Shown: positions 36,920 through 46,420, counted from the stretch's first letter. The stretch is 64,000 nt of DNA from Collinsella sp. (GCA_014871655.1 WGSK01000006.1:882-64881); one strand, 5' to 3'. Numbers and translations are program-made. The notes: generated by a model from the sequence alone, not told the origin.

Positions 36920-39412
36920 CTATTCGTCAACGTTCCCGTTGTTTTCGCGGTCATTTGCAAGCATCGCTGCGCCGGCGACCGTTGTCGCCACGGCGGCAGC
37001 GGCGAGCCCGGCGGCAATGCCGGAGCCATCGCCCGTGCCGGCGAGTTTTTCGCCCGAGCTCTTGCCCTTGTTGCCCTTACCGTTCTTATCAGCGCTGCCT
37101 GCGTTGGAACCCGTGCCACCGTCGGTGCCGCTGCCGGTGCCGCCCGCACTGCCCGAGGCCGCTACGGTAAAGCTTGCGGCTCCGTCGCTGGCGAGCGTGT
37201 AGTTCTGCGCCGCGTTGCCCAAGAGACCGTTCACGCGCACCCAGTACGTCCCTGCGGCAAATGTTTCGCCCTCGGCCATCGCCGTTCCCGGAGCGCCGTT
37301 CGCGTCGTGCACAAACTCGAGCTGGGCCGTGCAGGCATCGGTTTCGAGCTTGCCCTCGAGTGATGCCGCAATCTTGGCGCGCACGTCTTCGCCGGCCTTA
37401 AGGCCTTCGAGTCCCTCAAAATGGGGCGTCAGCGCGCGTGGATCGATATCGATGGGCACAGAGCCCTGCAGCCCCGTAACGGTCTCGTTGCCCAGGGCGT
37501 CGACATCCACATATTCGATGGCAAACGCATGGCCCGAAGCCGCCACGTTGAGTACGTTGCTGCTGTCGACAAGGCGGAAATGACCCTCGCCAACGGTCTT
37601 GCCGTCCTGGAGCGAGGCGTCGCTCAGCGAGTTGCCATATGTCATGTGCATGCGGGCTGGGAGGTAGCACGAAGCTGTCTGCTTGTGCTGTGTATCGTAA
37701 TCGTAATTGCGCTGGTAGATGCTCCGGGCCAGCGCCGCATCAACAAAGTCGGATGCGATGATGCCAATGTGCTTGAGGTAATCTGACTTCGTATCCTTGT
37801 TGTCGCTGGGGTTGATGTACGGGCTCTTGTACAGATGCTCGTTGACCACTCGTGCCGAGGTAAAAGGATTGCCTCCGTGCGACAAGCCCGTGCAGCTGGT
37901 GTAGTTGATAGACCAGCAACGCTCCTGGACTGGCACCTTGGCCCCGTCATCGTCCACGACGTCCACCTTGTTGCGCGTGCGCCCGGTCGTTTCCTTCAGC
38001 GCATTATCGACCCAGCTGAGCTTGTCGGTTCCCGTGAGTTTGTACTTGTCCTGGGCATATACCTTGGTGCAATAGGGCTCTTCATTGCCCGTTTCCCCTA
38101 TGGCTTCAAATCCCCGCGCGTCTTGGACGAGACACATCGACTGCCCGGAATGCACCTTGATCTTGTCATCCCATTGGGTGAGGTCGAGGCCCCACGTGTG
38201 GCCGCTTACGCTGTTGCCGGCGAGCCCAAATCGACGCAGCAGGACGATCTTTCCGCGCACCTCGCCCAGCGTGGGGACGTGGCTCGACGTGTAGAACAGG
38301 TTGGGGTTATCGGCCATAACCTTGGCGAAGGCCGTCGTTATGCTTTCGTCGGTAGCCTCATCGTTGCCGCGCGATGCGAGCATGATGAGCGCTTCTGACG
38401 GGTTTTCGTTCAAAAACGTTTTGAAGGACCCGATGACATCGGAGAGATGCAGATAGTTCCCGTCTTTTTTGAGTAGGTAGAAAATCCCGTGGTCGATGCC
38501 GGGGTCATCGCCCTTTCCGAGCCGGATATCAAAATAGCGAATGCCTTCGAGCAACTGCGTGGGAATGTAATCCTGCTGGCATTTTACTTGCGAGGATTGG
38601 GGCTCAGTGTCGTTGTCCACGCTGCAGGTGCCCGAATCGTGCGTACCCGGGATGCTCAGCTCGTCGAGGAACTTGTCGTCGTCGACGTATTTCATCCAAC
38701 ATGGTCCGTCGACGTAGCTGCTGTACGTGATCCAGTCGAGGCTGCTAACCGTGGCATCGTTCTTTTTCATGTCGTAACCGATAAGTTCGAGCTCCCACGG
38801 AATGCTCTTACTCTTATGGCAGATCTTATTGTTGTCCTGGTCTTTGCCGTTCGATTCTATTGCCAGGTACTTAATGTCTTTTTTCTCGGTTTCTTTCTCG
38901 ACCGTGCGGTCTCGGATGATGTAGGTTCCGTTTGATTGACGCTCGAACGCAAAAGCGCGGCTGGGCTTGTTGTCATACTCGCCGCCCCATACGTGGATGA
39001 CCTTTCCATCTTTGTCCGAGTCGTCGTCGACCGACCAAATGCTGCAGCCCGTCTTTTTATGCTCTTCGAAATTGAGCAAGGTGCGGATGGCGTACCAGTT
39101 TGTATCGTCCTTCTTGGTCGTTACGTTCTCAAGGATGAGCTTGCTGGACGTGCCGTCGTTAAACAGGTGGCAGACGTTGCCGCGAACGTTGCCGTCTTGG
39201 TTGACGCTCGCGGTGCGAAAATAGCCCGCGGGGCGAAGGCGAATGACGAAATTGTGGAGGCTGTCCGACGCTGTGGCAGCGTCGTCTGCAAATGCCGCGC
39301 GCACGGGAAGGCCCAATCCCGCGGTTTCGGGCAGGCTTACAAAAGGCGACAATGCTGCGAGTCCTAGGCCCAACGTGAATGCTCGACGGCTGATGGCGTG
39401 GTGTTCGGTCAT
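36920..39412 (-). CDS. Secreted, wall-anchored phosphatidylinositol-specific phospholipase C with ricin-like N-terminal domain
   Basis: Tat signal SRRAFTL...AFA; LSIPGTHDSG, QLLEGIRYFDIRL, IDHG, PTLGEVRGKIVLLRRF; LAGTG plus hydrophobic tail; AGGAG SD. Confidence 0.85.
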   Translation of the reverse strand: MTEHHAISRRAFTLGLGLAALSPFVSLPETAGLGLPVRAAFADDAATASDSLHNFVIRLRPAGYFRTASVNQDGNVRGNVCHLFNDGTSSKLILENVTTKKDDTNWYAIRTLLNFEEHKKTGCSIWSVDDDSDKDGKVIHVWGGEYDNKPSRAFAFERQSNGTYIIRDRTVEKETEKKDIKYLAIESNGKDQDNNKICHKSKSIPWELELIGYDMKKNDATVSSLDWITYSSYVDGPCWMKYVDDDKFLDELSIPGTHDSGTCSVDNDTEPQSSQVKCQQDYIPTQLLEGIRYFDIRLGKGDDPGIDHGIFYLLKKDGNYLHLSDVIGSFKTFLNENPSEALIMLASRGNDEATDESITTAFAKVMADNPNLFYTSSHVPTLGEVRGKIVLLRRFGLAGNSVSGHTWGLDLTQWDDKIKVHSGQSMCLVQDARGFEAIGETGNEEPYCTKVYAQDKYKLTGTDKLSWVDNALKETTGRTRNKVDVVDDDGAKVPVQERCWSINYTSCTGLSHGGNPFTSARVVNEHLYKSPYINPSDNKDTKSDYLKHIGIIASDFVDAALARSIYQRNYDYDTQHKQTASCYLPARMHMTYGNSLSDASLQDGKTVGEGHFRLVDSSNVLNVAASGHAFAIEYVDVDALGNETVTGLQGSVPIDIDPRALTPHFEGLEGLKAGEDVRAKIAASLEGKLETDACTAQLEFVHDANGAPGTAMAEGETFAAGTYWVRVNGLLGNAAQNYTLASDGAASFTVAASGSAGGTGSGTDGGTGSNAGSADKNGKGNKGKSSGEKLAGTGDGSGIAAGLAAAAVATTVAGAAMLANDRENNGNVDE

Positions 39413-39613
39413 AACTCCTCCGTTCGCAGGGTGCGGTTATGCGCTCGTTTTGGATACTATACTGCCCAGATGTTTAAAGGCGTCGGCTTAAATTGTCTGC
39501 ATGGCGCTATTGATCGGCGGGCGGACGTGCTGAGGCGCTTGTCTATTGGTGCTACTGGCGCGCTTGGGATAGTTTTGGAGTCCGGCATCCTCGCGTTCGC
39601 CAGCTACCGGCAT

Positions 39614-39647
39614 AAGAAAGGGAGGGCCGGTGAGCCGACCCTCCCTT
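39614..39647 (-). terminator. Terminator of lipoprotein gene
   Basis: AAGGGAGGG...CCCTCCCTT stem preceded on + by an A-rich run. Confidence 0.7.
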
Positions 39648-39716
39648 GGTACGAAGCGCTGGGTTACTGTCGCTTGCTTCGCTGCGCTCGTGTTTCCCGT
39701 TGCGCTCGCCAGTCGC

Positions 39717-40310
39717 TTAGCGCTTAATCTCGATATCGTCGAGCTTGACGTCCATGGCCTCGGTCTTGGCCTTGGCGATGTCATCGGCAAATTCCAGAGA
39801 CTTCATCATGGTTTCGACGGCATCCTTGTGCTCCTCGACGTTGTCGATGCGCACGTAGACGCTGCCGCCGCCTGCTTCGGTGAAGTACTCAGTCGTCACG
39901 CCGCCCGAGTGTGTATAGGAAGCGTTGCGCCAAGTCTTGCCGTTGTACTTGACGGGGTCGTTCTCGGTCCACTCAAAGCTGGCATTCCACTTTGCCTCGT
40001 AGTCGAACAGCTCGTCGGCGTTCTTGTCAGGATCGAAGACGGGGATGAAGCGGTCGCTGGCGTGCTCGCTCTCTGTGAACTTAAACTGGGCCCTGTCGGC
40101 GGTGTCGCCTGCGACGTCGGTGATCTCGACGCCCTCGGGGACCTCGACCTTAAACCAGATGAAGTCGGTCCTCATATCCACGGCTGGTTTTTCTGCTCCG
40201 CCGCCACCGCCACTTCCGGTAGCGCCGCCGCTGCCACCGCAGCCCACCAGGGCAACTGCGGCAAAGAGACTGATGCAGAGGGTGAGAATCGCAAAGGCCT
40301 TCTTTTTCAT
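39717..40310 (-). CDS. Lipoprotein (paralog 1)
   Basis: MKKK, hydrophobic stretch, LVGC lipobox, Gly/Ser linker; TDFIWFKVE, DRFIPV, YNGKTW; GAGGAGG SD. Confidence 0.85.
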   Translation of the reverse strand: MKKKAFAILTLCISLFAAVALVGCGGSGGATGSGGGGGAEKPAVDMRTDFIWFKVEVPEGVEITDVAGDTADRAQFKFTESEHASDRFIPVFDPDKNADELFDYEAKWNASFEWTENDPVKYNGKTWRNASYTHSGGVTTEYFTEAGGGSVYVRIDNVEEHKDAVETMMKSLEFADDIAKAKTEAMDVKLDDIEIKR

Positions 40311-40381
40311 GGTCGTGTCCTCCTCGATCTGTAACCGCCCATGGATTACCTGCCTTTACTGTACGCGCGAGCGGCTCGTTC

Positions 40382-40401
40382 AGGTGGGCCATGTGTCCCA
40401 T
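40382..40401. promoter_or_regulatory. 20-bp operator-like motif, copy 1
   Basis: AGGTGGGCCATGTGTCCCAT, identical at 41358-41377; near-palindromic TGGGCCA-N2-TGTCCCA. Confidence 0.6.
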
Positions 40402-40536
40402 TCTGGGGGCCTGATTTGCGCCGACAAGTGGCAATATGCCCGGGTGTAAAAGAGGGGAGGGCCGGCCGATCCGATCCTCCCCTGGCTGGGCGTCCGATCA
40501 TTTAATGACTGCGCATGCGATGCTGCGTGCGAGCCC

Positions 40537-41148
40537 CTAATGCTTGATCTCGATGCTCGAAATCTCGACTTCGCGTGCCTCGGCAACTGCCTTCGCCATG
40601 TCATCGGGAAACTCGATGGAGTTGAGGAGCGCCTCGGCTTCTTTCTTATGCAGATCGAAGTTCGAGATGAGGACGTAGACGCTTCCCGGCTCAACGTCGG
40701 TAAAGAGGAGGGTTGAGACGCCGCTGTTGTCCTCGTACGTTCCGACGAGCCACGTCCTGCCGTTATACTCGACGGACCCGCCATCCTTCCACTGGAACGT
40801 ATCACCTTTCTTTTCTGCCTGGTCGGCGTGGGATTCCTCTGCCGTCAGCGCTTTTTTCCAAACGGGGATAAAGCGATCGGCCGAACCGTTCTCGTCTTCG
40901 GGGAAGGTGAGCTGGACCCTGTCGGCATTCTTGCCAGCGGAGTCGCTTACGCCAACGCTCTCGGGCATCTCGACCTTAAACCAGATAAAGTCGGTCTTCT
41001 TGGCGACGGGAGTTTTTTCCTTGCCCTCGCTCTTGGATGCGCTGCTGCCCCCGCCTCCGCTTGACGCACTTCCGCCGCAGCCCACAAGGGCGAGTGCGGC
41101 AAAGAGGGCGATGCAAAGGGAAAGAATCGATAGGGTCTTATTCTTCAT
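40537..41148 (-). CDS. Lipoprotein (paralog 2)
   Basis: MKNK...LVGC lipobox; TDFIWFKVE, DRFIPV, YNGRTW shared with paralog 1; AAGGAGG SD. Confidence 0.85.
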   Translation of the reverse strand: MKNKTLSILSLCIALFAALALVGCGGSASSGGGGSSASKSEGKEKTPVAKKTDFIWFKVEMPESVGVSDSAGKNADRVQLTFPEDENGSADRFIPVWKKALTAEESHADQAEKKGDTFQWKDGGSVEYNGRTWLVGTYEDNSGVSTLLFTDVEPGSVYVLISNFDLHKKEAEALLNSIEFPDDMAKAVAEAREVEISSIEIKH

Positions 41149-41357
41149 GGTGGCGTCCTCCTTGTCTGTCGGTGACATCACGGCACCGCGGGTTGTTGGA
41201 GCCGTTGGTGTATGTTGCTATTCGCAAGCGTGGCGGATGTCGTTGTGTGTGGTGCGGCGATACCTCCGTTCTTAGTTTTCGGCCGTTGAGTGGCCGTGCC
41301 CCAACGGGTTCCTTACTTATAGATATGCCCCAGCTTGTGCTGCCCGGGAGTCTCGAA

Positions 41358-41377
41358 AGGTGGGCCATGTGTCCCAT
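41358..41377. promoter_or_regulatory. 20-bp operator-like motif, copy 2
   Basis: Exact match to 40382-40401. Confidence 0.6.
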
Positions 41378-41503
41378 GTTTGGGGCGCTAGGCGCATGGG
41401 GCGGCACGGCTCGGCATCGGCTTTTTCATGTTGCGCAACAGCGCCCTGGGTGGGGGCGTATAGACTTGGCTGTGACAAAAGCTAAACCACGAAAGGTCGA
41501 ACG

Positions 41504-42343
41504 ATGTTCTGTCAAAAATGCGGACAGCAAGTGCCTGATGGATCGACGTTTTGTACGCACTGTGGGGCCTCGCTGGCGGGTGGCTCCGCGCCGACATCTG
41601 CAGGCGCTGGTCCTTCCTCTGCCCCGGGCCTGACCCAGTCGATGCCACCGGTCGCGTCCGCGCCTCAAAAGCCTAAGAGCAAAGCTCCGATTGTCATCGC
41701 GGTGGCGTGTGCCGCCGTGGTACTCCTCGGGGGTGGCACGGTGTTTGCGCTCACGATGCTTAACGGGTCCAAGAGCTCCGACACGCAAATCTCGGTGATC
41801 GATACTGGGTCTTCGGACGAGAAAGATTCTCCTGCCAAGAAGAAGGATGACAAGTCCAAGGCCAAGCAGTCTTCGTCGTCGGATGACGAGGCCGTTCCCG
41901 AGGACGAGTCGGCATACTACGGTTCGGGCGATTCGGACGATTACCTGACCGACGTGCATACGTACACGAACGACATGCATCCTTATAGCATGTCGATTCC
42001 CAACCGTTTTGAGATGGAAGATACTCCCAGCGGCAGCAGCACAAGGTACGAGGATCCGGAGACGGGTTTTGTGATCGGCCTGTCTGGCTACGTCAACATT
42101 AACGACGAAACTGCACACGAGATGTTTGTCGACGTGGACACCTCGGGCAAGGCCGACCTCTATACCGCAGAGCGCGACAACTGGTACGTGGTCTCGTGGT
42201 GTGAGGACGATACGATCATTTACGAAAAGACGATCGTCACGGATTCGACGATTGCCACGGCGCATTTGGAGTACTCGACTGCAAACCGCGACATGGGGTC
42301 GAAGATTATCGACACGCTGCTGCCGACGTTTCAGGTGGACTAG
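41504..42343 (+). CDS. Zinc-ribbon / single TM / extracellular domain protein
   Basis: MFCQKCG...FCTHCG, TM PIVIAVACAAVVLLGGG, acidic linker, beta-rich C-terminal domain. Confidence 0.82.
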   Translation: MFCQKCGQQVPDGSTFCTHCGASLAGGSAPTSAGAGPSSAPGLTQSMPPVASAPQKPKSKAPIVIAVACAAVVLLGGGTVFALTMLNGSKSSDTQISVIDTGSSDEKDSPAKKKDDKSKAKQSSSSDDEAVPEDESAYYGSGDSDDYLTDVHTYTNDMHPYSMSIPNRFEMEDTPSGSSTRYEDPETGFVIGLSGYVNINDETAHEMFVDVDTSGKADLYTAERDNWYVVSWCEDDTIIYEKTIVTDSTIATAHLEYSTANRDMGSKIIDTLLPTFQVD

Positions 42344-42391
42344 GCGCCCGTGCCTATAGCCGGCAATCGGAAACGCCGATAGCCAGAGCTC

Positions 42392-42420
42392 CTGACAGCC
42401 TTTGTCTTATGGGCTAGACT
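42392..42420 (+). promoter_or_regulatory. Sigma70-type promoter candidate for fchA-folD
   Basis: CTGACA-17 bp-TAGACT. Confidence 0.5.
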
Positions 42421-42439
42421 GACTTGGACAAGATCGATG

Positions 42440-42480
42440 AATGGGACAACCGCTTCCTGGCGTCGTTGTCCCATTTTTTA
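42440..42480 (+). terminator. Terminator-like hairpin in the fchA leader
   Basis: AATGGGACAAC...GTTGTCCCATT then TTTT. Confidence 0.65.
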
Positions 42481-42528
42481 TTATGCGTGCGGTCCGTGGT
42501 GGCCGGCGCGGTGGGCAGAGGTGTTTCG

Positions 42529-43161
42529 ATGAGCCAAGAGATGATGGATAAAACCTGTCGCGGTTTTGCCGAGGCGTTGGCTGCACGCGAGCCGGTTCCC
42601 GGCGGCGGCAGCGCCAGCGCGTTTGTGGGAGCACTGGGTGCCTCGCTGTGCGGGATGGTTGCTCGCTATGGCGCGACGAACCCCGCGCTTGCCGATCGCG
42701 CGGACGATCTGACGCACGCGTTTGCCCAGGCAGACGAGCTGGCTCAGGAGCTTGTGGGTCTGGTTGCCGAGGACGTTCGTGCGTACGGCCAGGTGTCTGC
42801 GGCATACGGTATTCCTCGTGATGACCCCGCTCGACCCGCGGCGATTCAGGATGCGTTGCACGTGGCCGCCATGCCGCCATATCGGATCATGGATGCCTGC
42901 GGGCGCGCGCTGGCGCTGCTCGAGGACATGGCGGACAAGGGCTCCCGACAGCTGCTCTCCGACGTGGCGTGCGGTGCCGTGTTCTGCCGCGCTGCCATGC
43001 AGGGCGCGAGCTTGACGCTCTTTGCGAACACCACGTCTATGAAGGATCGTGCCCGCGCCGAGGAGCTCGAGGCTGCATGTGACGAGCTGCTCGATACGTG
43101 GCTGCCGCGCGCCGATGCGCTGGCGCGCCGCGCCGCTGACGCCGCAAGGAAGAGGGGATAG
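42529..43161 (+). CDS. fchA: Methenyl-THF cyclohydrolase (cyclodeaminase/cyclohydrolase family)
   Basis: PVPGGGSASA, EDVRAY, LLSDVACG, NTTSMKD; GAGG SD; directly upstream of folD. Confidence 0.85.
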   Translation: MSQEMMDKTCRGFAEALAAREPVPGGGSASAFVGALGASLCGMVARYGATNPALADRADDLTHAFAQADELAQELVGLVAEDVRAYGQVSAAYGIPRDDPARPAAIQDALHVAAMPPYRIMDACGRALALLEDMADKGSRQLLSDVACGAVFCRAAMQGASLTLFANTTSMKDRARAEELEAACDELLDTWLPRADALARRAADAARKRG

Positions 43162-43163
43162 CC

Positions 43164-44018
43164 ATGGCAGAGCTGTTGAAGGGTGCTCCCGTTGCCCGTG
43201 CGTTGACTGAGGAGCTTGCCGCTCGCTGCGTGGCTTTGCGCGAGCACGGCGTTGTTCCGACGCTGGCCATTGTCCGTGTAGGCGAGCGCGAGGACGACCT
43301 GTCCTACGAGCGCGGCGCACTCAAACGCTGCGAAAAGGTGGGCATCGAAGCTCGTCGCGTGTTGCTTCCTGCCGATGTTTCGCAGGACGAGCTATTGGCG
43401 GCTATTAAGGACATCAATGCCGACCCCGCTGTTCACGGCTGCCTGATGTTTCGTCCGTTGTCCGCTGGGCTTGACGAGGATGCCGTTGCCGCGGCACTCG
43501 ATCCCGCCAAAGATGTTGACTCCATGACGTCGGCCTCGCTGCTTACCACGCTTTCGGGTCGTGGCGAGGGCTTTGCTCCCTGCACGGCCGAGGCCGTGTT
43601 GGCGTTGCTGGACCATTACGGCGTTGAGTTGGATGGGGCCAAGGTTGCGGTCGTCGGTCGGTCGCTGGTGATTGGCCATCCCATTGCCGCCATGCTTACG
43701 GCTCGCAATGCCACGGTGACGACGTGCCATACGCATACGCGTGACTTGGCTGCCGAGTGTCGTGCGGCTGATATTGTTGTTGCCGCGGTTGGACGTGCGC
43801 GCACGATTGGCGCGGATGCGGTTCGCGAGGGCCAGACGATCATCGATGTGGGTATTAACTGGGACGAGGCCGCCGGCAAGCTGGTCGGCGACGTCGATTT
43901 TGATGCTGCGGAGCCGATCGTTAACGCCATCACACCCGTGCCGGGCGGCGTGGGGGCTGTGACCACTGCGATTCTCGCCAAGCACGTGATCGTGGCGGCG
44001 GAGCGCGCATCGAAATAG
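43164..44018 (+). CDS. folD: Methylene-THF dehydrogenase (FolD family, probably monofunctional)
   Basis: KDVD, PCT, VVGRSLVIG, CHTHT, IDVGIN, GDVDF, TPVPGGVG. Confidence 0.92.
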   Translation: MAELLKGAPVARALTEELAARCVALREHGVVPTLAIVRVGEREDDLSYERGALKRCEKVGIEARRVLLPADVSQDELLAAIKDINADPAVHGCLMFRPLSAGLDEDAVAAALDPAKDVDSMTSASLLTTLSGRGEGFAPCTAEAVLALLDHYGVELDGAKVAVVGRSLVIGHPIAAMLTARNATVTTCHTHTRDLAAECRAADIVVAAVGRARTIGADAVREGQTIIDVGINWDEAAGKLVGDVDFDAAEPIVNAITPVPGGVGAVTTAILAKHVIVAAERASK

Positions 44019-44055
44019 GCGTTTTGGGCTGTTTGAGGGGTTAGCCATATACCAC

Positions 44056-44285
44056 GTGGTCATAAAACGCCAAATATGAGTACTGTTGCCAAGATAGTCA
44101 CATATGTTTTACGTCTTTTAGACTCCCTAACGATATTCATTCTCGTCGGGGAGCCCATTTTATTGAACATATGGGGAATAACGTTGTCTTGCTTTTGGAC
44201 AATTGGGGATTTCCGGCACTCATTACAAGGAAATTTGCTGTTACTAAATTGGTGACAGTACTCATATTTGGCATTTTTTGCCCAC
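44056..44285. mobile_element. AT-rich ~230-bp MITE-like element with ~47-bp imperfect terminal inverted repeats
   Basis: 44056-44102 vs 44239-44285, with a perfect 18-bp core GCCAAATATGAGTACTGT / ACAGTACTCATATTTGGC. Confidence 0.55.
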
Positions 44286-44372
44286 AGGGGCTGCCGGGGC
44301 GGCGGTTTCGCCCTTTTTGCGCCGAAGCGATACACTGTTGCCGTTTGATTTCTTCGCTCAAGGAGGATGCGC

Positions 44373-45896
44373 ATGCCGTGCACAACGATTTTGGTTGGTA
44401 AGAACGCGAGCTATGACGGGTCGACCCTGGTCGCCCGCAACGAGGACTCGTCCAACGGGGTGTTTGAGCCCAAGCGCATGCGCGTAGTGCATCCCGACGA
44501 GCAGCCGCGTGTCTACACGAGTGTCCTGAGCCACCTGACCGTTGAGCTGTCCGACAATCCCATGCGTTACACAAGCGTCCCCGACGTTGTCCCGGGTCAT
44601 GGCATTTGGGCCGAGGCCGGCTTCAACGAGCTCAATGTTGGCATGTCCGCAACCGAGACGCTCACCACCAACGAGCGCGTCCGCGGCGCCGATCCGCTTG
44701 TCGACTACGTGCCCGCCAAGGGCAACGAGGGCGAGGACGGCTACGTCCCGGCGCAGCCCGGCGGTCTGGGTGAGGAGGACATGGTGACCCTGGTGCTGCC
44801 GTACGCCAAGTCTGCCCGCGACGGCGTGCGTATCCTGGGCGACCTGCTCGAGCGCTACGGCACCTACGAGAACAATGGCATCGCCTTTAGTGACGTGGAC
44901 GAGATCTGGTGGCTCGAGACCATCGGCGGCCACCACTGGATTGCCAAGCGCGTGCCTGACGACGCCTATGTGACCATGCCCAACCAGCTGGGTATCGACA
45001 GCTTTGACCTGGATGACGCCGAGGGCGCCCAGGCCGACCACATGTGCTCCGCCGACTTGCGCGCCTGGATGGCCGAGTGGCATCTGGACCTGACGCTGGG
45101 CGTCGAGGGCGACGGCCCGGCTGCGGTCTTTAACCCGCGCGAGGCCTTCGGCTCGCACAGCGACAGCGACCACGTCTACAACACGCCGCGCGCGTGGTAC
45201 ATGCAGCGCTGTCTCAACCCCAGCGACGTGTGGGATGGCCCCGACGCCGACTACACGCCCGAGAGCGACGATATCCCCTGGAGCCGCGTGCCCGAGCGCA
45301 AGGTGACCATCGAGGACATCAAGTACGTACTCTCGAGCCACTACCAGGGCACGGAGTACGATTGCTACGGTAGCAAGGGCACGCCCGCTACGCGTGGCGC
45401 ATATCGCCCCATCGGCATCAACCGCAACAGCCAGCTCGCCGTGTTGCAGCTGCGTCCCTATGCGCAGCCGGCCTATCGCGCCGTGCAGTGGATGGCGTTT
45501 GGCTCCAACTCGTTTAACGCGCTGGTTCCGCTGTACGCCAACGTCGAGACCATGCCCGAGTACTATGCCGACACGCAGGCTCGCGTGACGTCCGAAAACT
45601 TCTACTGGGCCAACCGCCTGATCGGCGCGCTGGCTGACGTCCGCTTCCATGAGTGCGGTCGCGCGGTCGAGGATTATCAGGAGAAGGTCGGTGGCATGGG
45701 CCACAAGCAGATCCATGACGTCGACGCTGCCGTAGCCGCTCTGCCCGAGGCCGAGGTGCCTGCCGAGCTTGCACGCGCCAACGAGGAGTTTGCCGGGCGT
45801 GTTCGCGTGGAGACCGATGCCCTGCTGGGCAAGGTGCTCTACACCACGAGCTGCGCCATGAAGAACTCTTTCGCGATGAACGACAACGTGAGGTAG
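44373..45896 (+). CDS. C69 family dipeptidase
   Basis: MPCTTILVGKNASYDGST (N-terminal nucleophile Cys), ARNED, SATET, WWLETIGGHHW; AAGGAGG SD. Confidence 0.93.
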   Translation: MPCTTILVGKNASYDGSTLVARNEDSSNGVFEPKRMRVVHPDEQPRVYTSVLSHLTVELSDNPMRYTSVPDVVPGHGIWAEAGFNELNVGMSATETLTTNERVRGADPLVDYVPAKGNEGEDGYVPAQPGGLGEEDMVTLVLPYAKSARDGVRILGDLLERYGTYENNGIAFSDVDEIWWLETIGGHHWIAKRVPDDAYVTMPNQLGIDSFDLDDAEGAQADHMCSADLRAWMAEWHLDLTLGVEGDGPAAVFNPREAFGSHSDSDHVYNTPRAWYMQRCLNPSDVWDGPDADYTPESDDIPWSRVPERKVTIEDIKYVLSSHYQGTEYDCYGSKGTPATRGAYRPIGINRNSQLAVLQLRPYAQPAYRAVQWMAFGSNSFNALVPLYANVETMPEYYADTQARVTSENFYWANRLIGALADVRFHECGRAVEDYQEKVGGMGHKQIHDVDAAVAALPEAEVPAELARANEEFAGRVRVETDALLGKVLYTTSCAMKNSFAMNDNVR

Positions 45897-45995
45897 GGAT
45901 TTCCCGTCGATCGAATAGCGCTAAAACGCTTTGTCGCTTTCGCTCGATCTTGGGTACAAGAACGCCAATGCAGTTGTTTGTGATTGGAGACAACC

Positions 45996-46412
45996 ATGGT
46001 TATGAAACTCGATCAGCTTGTTAACGGCGCCATCAACGTTGGCTTTGGCGCTGCCGCCGTTGCCGTCGAGGGCAGCAAGAAGGTTCTCGACGACCTCAGT
46101 ACCAAGGGCGAGCAGGTCCGCAAGGACACCGCCACCCCCGATATCGCCCGCAGTGTGTCCGACATGTTCGAGCAGGCCGGCGGTACCATCTCCGACCTGA
46201 CCGAGCGTCTGGGCATGCAGGGCGAGACCGCGGCCCAACGCGTGCTCGACGAGCTCATTCTTGCTCGCGTCCGCGTCATGACCGCCCCCGAGCGCACGGC
46301 CTTCCTGGCCCATGTGCGCGACATCGTCGATTCAGTCGAGGACAACGTGACCTCGGTGCCCGTCGAGTCCGTTGAGCCCGACGATGCGAAGGATACCGAA
46401 GAGGCCGAGTAG
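45996..46412 (+). CDS. Phasin-like hypothetical protein
   Basis: NVGFGAAAVAVE..KKVLDDLSTKGE pattern; GGAG SD; upstream of UbiB kinase. Confidence 0.6.
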   Translation: MVMKLDQLVNGAINVGFGAAAVAVEGSKKVLDDLSTKGEQVRKDTATPDIARSVSDMFEQAGGTISDLTERLGMQGETAAQRVLDELILARVRVMTAPERTAFLAHVRDIVDSVEDNVTSVPVESVEPDDAKDTEEAE

Positions 46413-46420
46413 CAGCGCAG

